A stretch of DNA of 60,622 nt, filler included, from Nemertoderma westbladi (Eukaryota > Animalia > Xenacoelomorpha): the NCBI GenBank assembly GCA_032718475.1. It is 4 parts of 4 records of this genome, joined end to end, with 100 filler letters (N's around TTAATTAATTAA, not from the genome) between each part and the next. Parts side by side here need not be neighbours in the genome. Positions count along the whole stretch, not along the records: positions 45,924 to 60,622 come from JAUCBJ010003133.1; 3 more parts are not named here. One strand, given 5' to 3'. Positions within the stretch are counted from its first letter, which is position 1. Every line of letters starts with the position of its first letter. A program made the position numbers and the translations under genes. The notes beneath the pieces are model-generated. The model did no database searches. It saw only the letters and a list, made by a program, of their open reading frames with translations, and was not told where the DNA came from. Of the stretch, positions 50,521 to 60,622 are shown piece after piece.

Positions 50521-51580
50521 AGCACAGGTAAGTAGAATAGGGTTGGTTCTGGGGTAGAAACAATCGAATAAGGGGTAACAAGGTGCCCTGAATCGAGTGG
50601 CGGGTTGTGTAAAAACACGTTTTGTAAAAACACTACTGTAGGTAACGGTCGTAATTGCGGGTTTAAGTAAGAGCGGGAAGCCAATTTTGAAAATCGGCTG
50701 TGATTGGCTGAACTACTGTACGTCATTAGGCAGTGCTCTGATTATTTCTAACATTGTATTCTATACAGGATTGTTTTAGATCCATTAAAATACTCATTTC
50801 ATCTCAATCATACCATATGTGGCGTATATCAATTGAAATCAGCGAGTCTTGTGCGTCTTTTGACACCACAATTAATTAAATTCAAGGTGATGAACGTTGA
50901 TTAAATGAATCACAATTATAAACTCGCAGATTGCCTGACCAGTATGCAAGGACTCAACCATTCAGCCCTATCCACCTTTTGCATTGCAGTATCAGAGTAT
51001 TGCTGTATTGCAGCTTAAGTTCATTAAGTTGAAATGTGTAACGGTCACCGGTAGTGTAAGAACGATACATCGGTAGGTTTATTCAATTTAATGAACTTAA
51101 GCTGCAATACAACGATACTCCGATACTGCAATACAATAGGGCTGAGTGGTCGAGTCCTTGCATGCCGGTCAGGCAATCTGCGAGTTTATAATTGTGAATT
51201 GATTCATTTAATCACTGTTCATCACCATGAATTTAATAAATTAATTTTGGTGTCAAAATAAGCGCAAGACTCTCTCTGCTATCAATTGATATAAGCCACT
51301 TATGAAATGATTGAGATTAAATGTGTATTTTAATGGATCTAAAATCACCCTCCATAGAAAACAAGATAAGAAATTATCCGAACACTGCGTAATGACGTCA
51401 AATATGTAGCAGCCAATCACAGCCGATTTTCAAAATTGGTTTCCCGCTCTTACTTAAACCCACCGTTTCCTCGTGTGTTTACAAAAAACACACCCTGCCA
51501 CTCGATTCATGGCACCTTGTTAACCCTTACTCAATTGTTTCTAGCCCAATAATTTTTTCGCGCACCAACCCTATTGTGCT
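50521..51580. mobile_element. ~1-kb foldback/MITE (imperfect palindrome centred ~51055)
   Basis: e.g. 50660-50710 vs 51410-51461 and 50920-51030 vs 51085-51195 are reverse complements. Confidence 0.8.
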
Positions 51581-52664
51581 AAGTGGGAATAAAATAGTAA
51601 ATTAAACTATTAAAAAGTTTGATAATAATCTCCAATTTTTGTGTTAAGATATTCGTTTATCAATGTTTATGATTAGTACCGGTATTACATATTCAAAAAT
51701 ATTATTCTATTAACATATTAATTATTATATATAAACCTTTATTAGTGGAGTATTAATATTAAACCATTAGTAGTGGAGTGGCTCTACGATTTTAAACTAA
51801 AACAAATAAATAAATTACACCTAAAATCAATACAGCAATCCCAATTTTATGTGAATAATCACGGCAGCGCTATCAATAGAGGAAATTATAATAATACCTT
51901 ACAGTGCAATTGTGTTATTTCTTTCATCAGTTACCATAATATGGCAATTTTTCATATAATCATAAATTGTAAGCTACTTCTAGTTACCGATAAGTAAATA
52001 AATTACGTATTAATTAATTATAAAAATTATGAAATTGATCATAGATCATTAAAAATTAAAAGCAGCAGCTTGGTCTAGTGTGACATTCCTGAGCTTCCAA
52101 TTAGGAAGACCTGATTCGATCCCTAGATGGGGCAGCACTGTTTGGGCACAATGCTTTAATAATGCTGCATCATTATTAATTAGGAGTATAAAGGAGCGAT
52201 GAAGCGCTCGCTATGCAGTATGGCAAGTCTTTCTAAATCACGTTCAAAAATACAGTTTGCGTGACAAATGACTTTTATTCCAAAATTGTAACATTACTCA
52301 ACGCCGTTAGTATTAACAGCGAGTTGTTATTTACCACTTTACAACTTTTGAGGACATTACTTAACGCCGTCATTGGTTACCACGTAAATAATAGGTGGAA
52401 ATTTGCCTTACAACCAGATAGGCCTTCTGCATTACATACCGGTTGGCGGGGTATAGCTATTAAGTTACCAGTTGGCCCTAGCTATATTATTATAACATGG
52501 CTCCACACGCCTCCAAAAATGCAAGCTAACTTATTTATAACATAATTTATGTCATTTTTACATTTATTTATACAGCAACTAATTTTAATTTGTGCAGTTT
52601 CTATCACTTATAATGTATATTTTATATATTTCGTAATGTTAAAATTTTGGAATAAAACTACATA

Positions 52665-52795
52665 CATACTTGTTGCAAAGTACTTTACAGTGTTCTGAGC
52701 CTCGTGGCTTTATTTTCATTCACTCACTAACGTTCGTTCGTGTAACAAGCCACTCGGATCATCACACTGTAAAGTGCTACTTTACACACAAGTAT
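52665..52795. mobile_element. Short palindromic MITE
   Basis: ATACTTGT..ACTTTACAGTG / CACTGTAAAGT..ACAAGTAT inverted ends. Confidence 0.55.
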
Positions 52796-52819
52796 AAATA
52801 GTTATTATTCGAAAGAGGT

Positions 52820-54000
52820 ACCGGTATGGAAAGCTGGCCGAACAAGGGTTCAGAGTATTTTAAAATATTTGAATTTGGTTGGGAAATAGTATTCGAATGT
52901 TTCATGTATTAGCTTGCGTTGCAGTCCATTTATTATACACCATGTCCCGTAATATAGTGTCATTTTCTGATGACACGGACCCCCCCCCCCCCCCCCCCCA
53001 GATTTTTCTACAAATCTTTATCAAATTGCTTGAACTTTGAAACACAACTAGTTCCAATCACCGTGGTTGACCCCATGAAGCCGGAATTTTCGATTTTGCC
53101 TTTAAATATTTTTTATAGGTGTTTTAAAAAAGTGTCTTTTGCGAAATCGCACCCTCCGTATCGTGGCCATTCTTCGCATTAGTCGTAATTTTTTCATATC
53201 ATTAGAAAGCTTGCGTTGCAAGGATTAATAATATGTAACAATATACCGAGTCTACTATCGAGTACACTACCGAGTCAAAGTCAAAGTCAAAAGACAAAAT
53301 GTAAAAAAAATAACAAGAAATTAATTTTTTTCTAGAACGCCATTATGTATTATAATAGGCCTGTAGAGTGTATTATTATTTATTATTGCTAGCTAGCTAT
53401 ATTTATTTTCTTTTGACTTTGACTTTGACTCGGTAGTGTGAACGCGGCCTAATGATTTGAAAAAATTACGACTAATGTGAAGAATGGCCACGACACGGAG
53501 GGTGTGATTTCACAAAAGACACTTTTTTAAAACGCCTATAAAAAAATTTAAAGGCAAAATCGAAAATTCCGGCTTCACGGGGTCAACCACGGTGAGTGGA
53601 ACTAATTGTGTTTTGCAAAGTGATAGCAAACAGTGTTCCCATAAAGTGATGACAAGTTCCAGCAAAATGATAAAGATTTGTAGAAAAATCTGGGGGGGGT
53701 CCGTGTCATCAGAAAATGACATTATATTACGGTACATGGTGTATTTATTATATAGACCATGTTCTAGAACATTTTGTTCATGTATGAATATTCATGAACT
53801 AGTATTATTATTATACGAATTGCAGTGTTGCACAGCTACTTATGAGATAAACAAAATGTTCCAGAATATTATGTGTTTATTAAATAGAATAAATGGCCTG
53901 CAGTGGAACCAAATGCATGCAACGTTCAATACTATTTCTCAACCAAATTAAAATATTTTTACATATTTGGAATCCATACACGGCCAGCTTTCCATCGGTA
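52820..54000. mobile_element. Long-TIR MITE with a nested Harbinger-type MITE (~53260-53449) at its centre
   Basis: ATGGAAAGCTGGCCG / CGGCCAGCTTTCCAT ends; 52938-53195 is the reverse complement of 53455-53745. Confidence 0.75.
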
Positions 54001-55269
54001 GCAACAAACAGCTATAAGGTAGAAGAATAACTGCGGTGTAACTGGTGTAATATCGCCTGAGACACTTTTTTTAACGCTTGTAGCTAAAGATTGAAAGCAA
54101 CAATAAAAATTCTGGCTTTCCCAGTAATGAGGAAGGAAGTAAAACTCCCTCAGTTTCAAATTTAATTTCGTGCAATCTCATTTTTGTAGAAAAATTTGGG
54201 GTAGTTCGTGTCAATAAATTACATCACTATATTGCGTGGCATGGTATATATATGTCGCCATATAATGTAGTTTCATTAAAAAATTTATTTTTGCCACAAC
54301 TTAAATAGTTGTATTTAATAACCATTTATGTTTTAGGAAAAACCCATTCTATCTTTTTCGGTGTAAATGCATCATAATGTGGTTGCAAAATGCACAGGAA
54401 GAGAGAATAAATTAAATATTTTACAGAAAACATTATATTACACAATTTCCGGGTGTTTGTACTTTGAGGTAGGCCTAGGTACAATCACCATAACTTGTAT
54501 ACTACATTGTATAAATTAGAATAAATCAGGACAAACACGCGAGGTATTCACTATTTGTTCATAAACCAAAGTTTATTGGATTGCCGCGAAAGGTTTTCGG
54601 TTGAAACAGTAAATATCATGATAAGCATTGATTGACAACTGCAACGGCATTATAATAAGTAAAGCTAATTAATTTCCTGTGTGATTATTACTGCCATAGG
54701 ATAGGCGTCATCATTGTTATATTGTTATAGCCATGAATAATAAATAATTCTGTAGTCCACTCACCCCACCTACATTGGCTGGAACTACTTACCTCCTGCC
54801 AGACCACATCATATGTTAAATGGATGCGGCCTGCAAGATGATACATCCTATCTACTAGTTCTGTTAGTAATACTTGCAGCAGTGCTGTGGTGAGGGTGTC
54901 GCAGTTCTGCGGTGAGGGTGTCGCAGTGCTGCGGTGAGGGTGCTGCGGTGAAGGTGCAGGTGTTTAGCGAGAAGAGTTCAGTGATTTTTCTCAGATTCAA
55001 CAAGGATTGTGGTAAAAAAAATTTCCGAAAATTTGGTGCAAAAAATATTTTTGTTTTTTTTAGGTATATCGAAAAAAACTACAAATCGCATCGCAATAAA
55101 TATTCGATTTTTCTAATCTCCATTAAATTATGCACTATAATATGGGAAAACATTTTGTTACGAGTCATTTTAATGTTTTGTCTTAATAATAAATATTTTC
55201 AGCTAAAGGTTCTATCACATGACACAATGTATCAGACATAATACATATTTTTTACACCACTAGGCACCA

Positions 55270-57170
55270 CTAGGATGATCTTATAACCAATTCATTATTG
55301 TACAATTTTTGAAACTGTACCCATAAATTCGATCATATTTACCTCAGGTTTCTCAAGGACTCTATTTACTTTAGGAACACCTAAAACTCGTTACATATTT
55401 CCCAACAGCTCCATGCGAACCTAGATGGTGGAGTTGTAATATGTCTGACAGTCTGCTTACATAGTTAGGTTACCGGTTTTACTGTAGTTGGATCAAAAAT
55501 AACGCTATCAAATGGTGCGTTGTAACGTTTTTTTATTACCTCACCGGTAAGAACAACTTTCCCAAAATCCATATGAAATGGAAAGTAGATAAGACATGAT
55601 TGTTCTATCTCAGTTACATCAGAAAGAACCTTATGTGCATTGGTTCTCACAGTATTCAGAATAACGCAGAGCATTGTTGGGCCAACAGCAGTGAGATGTT
55701 ATCATTGTTGATGATCTGGCAGACACAAAATCTATTATGTAAACCACTTGGTATGATGATAAAAATATGAACATCAGGTTTTCTTCTGGAATCCCAGCTC
55801 GCATTTACACTATCGTGCGGTGAGGTTGACAGAACCACAACGTTTCTCATGCCCAATAAATTTCATCCATTTAGCTCACAAGCATAATATCTTTCCGATT
55901 CAGGCATGGCGCATGGATAGTAAGAGTCGTCTTGTCGCCACGGCACGGCACGGTACGGTACTGACCGCATACGGTCAATACCTGAAAATGAATTTGTAAC
56001 TCATATTCATCTACCTTGTGATACATTGTGATATTTCTATCCAAACACCAGAATACAGTGGGGAATGCTGGTAAAATACCGATCAAAGGAAAGATTTATT
56101 CTAGCCAAGGAATTCCAAAGTGAGATTTTCCGGATATTCTTCTGAACCAGTTATATAGAATAGAACTTACTGCCCTCACCCCCTCACTATTCGAGACAGG
56201 GGGGGGGGGGGGGGGGGGGGGGGAAACTCGACGCATAACCCGCCTTGGCGAATTAATATCCCGCCTCAATGTTAAATTCTCAATTTAGGGAAAGGAGCAG
56301 GCTACAGTGGCACGTCATTTTAATCAAAACAATTAACTAAACACAATAGAACAGGTTACAGTTATATTATTGAGAGTTATCAGCTGTTATTTGCATCGAA
56401 TTTCCCATTTTTCCCATTTGCATTGGAGTTCCCCCCCCCCCCCCCCCCCCCCTATCTGCACTATTCATGGACTTATTATTAGCATAGTGATGCAGAAAAA
56501 ATTTCGCAGAAATCGAGAGAGCAAATCATATTTATTAGGTTTCTTTCGATTATACAGTTTTATTTCAGTACTAATCGAAAGAGGAACCAACCTTCTGGCC
56601 TCCTCCGGCTTCAACCCACTGTTTTCTTTACCCTGGTGGTAAAGTCTCATCAATTGCGAATCTAATCGAATTTTTGTTTCAATTACGTTGATTTATCTTC
56701 TGAAAAAATTCAAATTACAAATGAATTTAATATACTACCACCTTTCCTATCAAGTTTCTTTCTCATCATATCTGATGAAACGAGCAATGAACAGAAACGG
56801 CTTGGATGACATTACTGTTGCCAAAATATCATTCATTCGTGTATGGCTTTATTTGTGTTCTCCACAACATCGCGCAAAATTTGATCCATAATAAACAAGC
56901 TCCAAACTTTACTTAAACTTTTATCTCTAGGCCCCTCCATCCTGTTTTTGCCCTTAATATTAACATGGTTGAACGCTTGATTTGTCTCTGGTTAAATTTT
57001 TCATTGTTATATTTATCAGTAACTTCGCTAAAAGAAACAAATTTTGTGCATCAAAATGTGCATATCCGGTACTTCCAAACCCGCAACAGGATTAGGTACT
57101 GACAATTCATCGTCCGATTCAACAGATTCGTCTGCGCTTCTTTTCGCTTTTATTTCCTTATCCGAGACAT
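55270..57170 (-). pseudogene. Highly decayed piggyBac (PGBD4-like) transposase, interrupted by a MITE at 56198-56451
   Basis: Remnants ATVMS..F.FIARFIRYD, AIDETL, RNVVVLST..H..RRKPDV, VRTNA with many stops; boundaries approximate. Confidence 0.6.
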
Positions 57171-58639
57171 TCTAACCTCAGCTAAACTCCATGCCGTCTG
57201 CACCAATAAAATGCGCACCTAAGAAAGTTATTTATTTATTATTAAAGCAAATCACTTGAACTAATTAAAAACTATAATAGAATGGTGTATGTGGATTACA
57301 TCTGTATAATTTTTAAGTATAATTATTGAAGTCTTATACTGTAAAACAATTAATTTCCTTTAACAGGCAGGTTGAAAGTGCTGTTTTTACCGTAATCAAT
57401 TTAATTTAACTAATTAACTGCTATTATCTTAGCTTCTCGAAGGCCACACGAAAATTCAACTTGGAAAATTTCTAAACTTTTGCCAAACAACATGTGTACC
57501 AAGTTTGGATAGATTTCATCGAAGATTGGCCAAGTTATTAACGTTTAAAATCGAACACTGCAAAAAAAGCGACAGAACGACACGTTCGTGGGGCCTTCGC
57601 GCAGCACGAGGCTGAGTTATGAGATACAAATTGAAATTGAGCGACTGTATCACAAAATCAGTATTTGAGAAATTTACCCACACCACCAATCAATTAAAGA
57701 AAGGGGGACAGTACGTGTTCACCCCTTTTAAAATAAATAAATCGTTAATATTATCCATTTTTGCGTCTGGGATGTTAGACATTCCTAAACTCCGTCACAT
57801 CTAAAAATAAATATGATAATTAACCTAGAAGTACGGAAGTTATTGCAGACTTGAATATGATATGATAAACTATAGTAATTTGCCAAATTATGGTAGTTTG
57901 TATTTCCCACTCTGTCTTACCAATACTGGAATCGGCACCATTTAAAAAACATAAATAGATCTCTAAAAAATTTTATGAATTCACACCAATGACACTATTG
58001 TAAAATAGCGGGGGGGGGGGGGGGGGGGGATAGCATCGGGCGCATAACGGGAGACGAAATACTGAGCCATATTGGTAATAACTCTGTAAATAAGTGTGTT
58101 TTTTGAAAAGCTAAGCAATAGTTAATTAAATTTATGTCTCAACTCACAACACTTACTACTGACTCACACTGTAAGTCAATATGCACGGCCCAGACAGTTG
58201 CATTGTTGATCAAAGCGGTGATAAAAAGTTAAGCTATATAGTCCAAGCCGTTTAGTATGACATGCGTTGACACTGTTAAAGTTGTGGCACAAATTCCGCT
58301 ACCACTTTGTGGCGCCACAGAATTGTTTTTGTGAAACAAAATTACCAGCACTGGACTCAGTGAACTGAACCCGATAAACCAAAATAGCGACACAATTAAT
58401 ATAGACACAATAAAAAATTATTCTTAAATAATATCTACTATGACATGTTGCCACTATTGAGGATCCCCAAAAAAGTGGTTAAATGAGTGACAAAAGTTGT
58501 TATCATGACTGAAATTTTTCCCACCTTTCGCAGAATAGGAAACTATTCAAAATGTATCTTAATAGATACCCCTGCATGTTATACTTTGTTATATTATCAT
58601 TTACTTCAAATGACTTATACAATACCCAATTCGAATGGT

Positions 58640-59100
58640 AGTAGTCAGTAGTTCCAGTACGGGGGTCCATGCTGGGCTCTAACTGCTGAGGACACCAAAT
58701 CTCTGGATTGCACATTCACAAGAATGCTACGCCGGGTTCACTTTGTCAAGTACAATGCACACATCTCCAACCAGACACAATATAACATTGGAGGTGTCTC
58801 ATTGGTTCCCCCAAGCTTGAAACTAGAACAAAGCCGCCTCCGCTTTGCAGGACATTGCTTTCGCCGTGAGGACCAGCCAGTGTATAATGTTGTGCTTCGG
58901 TAGCCTCATGGAGTGAATAAGCATGGTGGACAGCCCATGACTTGAGACGCATCTTAAAGGACACTTGCCTTGAAGATGCGGATGATCTAGCAAATGTCAT
59001 GGGTGATAGGGAGTTGTGGCGACGCAATTTCGTCGACAAGCTGGCACAGCATTCTTAAAAATGCAGCTGTAATGCAGCATGCCGATCCTAGTAGTAGTAG
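58640..59100 (+). mobile_element. 5'-truncated RTE LINE copy with (TAG)n tail
   Basis: Near-identical to the reverse complement of 7569-8030; ends CTAGTAGTAGTAG. Confidence 0.82.
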
Positions 59101-59594
59101 GTTCAAATATTAATATTCTGTGAATAGGATCACGGGGGGCAATTGTCCTAGTTCCATTTACGCATACCAAGTGCTACATGGATGTATATGAGAGTGGTAA
59201 AATAAATCCAACTTATTCATTTTTTATGTTTCGACCATCTTCACTATCCTATACCCGATTAATACGTGACTTTCTGCAATCTACTTAATCTGCTATTATA
59301 CTCGAATGATTTTATCAGTAGTAGAATGTCGCCGTTCACTAACCATGTGCATCATATTAACCTTCTTCTAAAAAAATAATATATTAAACAGTATATATTA
59401 TATAGATCACTAAAGTTGGTTTTGAGTTGCAGTACCATACTCGCAAGAAATAAAGATTTTAGTGTCACTATTTATCTACCTTCTCATTTTACACTAATTT
59501 TGTGGATTACTTTCACTTCCCTATAACCCATCATCCATCACCTACTATATATATACGACCTATTAAATTTTGTGATCCGACATTGTTTTTCCTT

Positions 59595-60622
59595 GTGGGG
59601 CGAGCCACGAAGTTGGCGGAGCCTTAGCGAATTGACACTGTTAGGGGGTGGGTCAATTTATGCAAATAGTTGTCGTCGTCGTCGTCGTCGTCGTTGTCGT
59701 CGTCGTCGTTGTCGTCGTCGTCGTTGTCGTCGTCGTTACGATTTTGACATGCTAATAACTTTGTCGGATTTAAAGCTGCCAAGTTGAAAATTTGTAGGTA
59801 TCAATATAAGCAAAAGTTGAGATTTTTGAGAGACTTTCAGACACCATCAGTGCAATGGTCTCCCGCTAGAGGGCCACATGTCTAAACATTAAATGGCCAC
59901 CCATTTCTTTGCTTTTAATCCGTTTAAGCTGAAACTTGGGAAGTATGTACTAGACCATTAGCTGTAAATTTCAAAGGAGGCTAATCTGTCTGCAGTTCTC
60001 CAGTCTGCCGCTAGAGGGCGAAATGTCCCGAATGTGAAATTATTCTTCCATTTAGTTGTTTATGATCTGATTACGCTGAAACTTGTCATATATGTACTAG
60101 ATGACATCCTGAGTCTTTGTGTGGATTGTAATCGGTCCGAAGTTTTCCAGTCTCCCGCTAGAGGGCCACATGTCTAAACATTAAATGGCCACCCATTTCT
60201 TTGCTTTTAATCCGTTTAAGCTGAAACTTGGGAAGTATGTACTAGACCATTAGCTGTAAATTTCAAAGGAGGCTAATCTGTCTGCAGTTCTCCAGTCTGC
60301 CGCTAGAGGGCGAAATGTCCCGAATGTGAAATTATTCTTCCATTTAGTTGTTTATGATCTGATTACGCTGAAACTTGTCATATATGTACTAGAAGACATC
60401 CTAAGTCTTTGTGTGGACAGTAATCGGTCCGGAGTTTTCGAGTCTGCCGCTAGAGGGCGAAATGTAGGAAAGTGATAACCTTTGCGAATTCCTTGATCTT
60501 AATCTATTTAAGCTGAATTTTGGAATATACAGTACCGGTATGTACTAGACCACATGCCTCGTCTTTGTGAGGAAGGTGATCGATCCGTAGTTCTTTAATA
60601 TGCCGCTAGAGGGCTAAATGTA
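59595..60622 (+). mobile_element. HINE/DINE-like element with (GTC)n microsatellite (59670-59736) and internal tandem array running off the window
   Basis: Same 5' end as 5336; microsatellite followed by ~146-bp repeats is the established HINE layout. Confidence 0.6.
59860..60622. repeat. Satellite: alternating 145/147-bp monomers forming a 292-bp higher-order unit
   Basis: CCGCTAGAGGGC at 59863, 60008, 60155, 60300, 60447, 60603; 59860-60151 nearly identical to 60152-60443. Confidence 0.92.

Noticed and set aside
59572-59787. Protamine-like Arg/Cys-rich ORF
   Set aside because: Translation of the (GTC)n microsatellite inside a repeat; non-ATG start

Overview
AT-rich, repeat-dense animal (probably invertebrate) genomic scaffold. 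It is split into four segments by 100-nt artificial gaps (44 N + TTAATTAATTAA + 44 N). Host genes: three exons of a Cys-loop ligand-gated ion channel (nAChR-like, non-alpha; + strand), the 3' ~4,400 codons of BLTP1/KIAA1109 in two giant exons (- strand), an intronless UBE2D-like E2 whose active-site Cys is replaced by Ser, and a convergent intronless sigma-class GST. The rest is mostly transposon material. The most notable is a near-intact APE/RT LINE whose ORF1 carries a Ulp1/SENP (C48) cysteine-protease domain with a complete catalytic set. There are also fragments of two other LINE types, multiple RTE 3' copies, a complete Merlin/IS1595-type element with a 9-bp TSD, Sola-like, Ginger2/KRBA2-like and piggyBac remnants, MITEs, a ~4-kb palindrome and Helentron-associated-type elements with a satellite bearing CTCF-like motifs. 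Comparing repeat copies reveals recurrent TA-CAG-TA/TA-CTG-TA/TA-CCGG-TA micro-insertions that look like DNA-transposon excision footprints. All family assignments come from motif recognition by eye; no database search was run.
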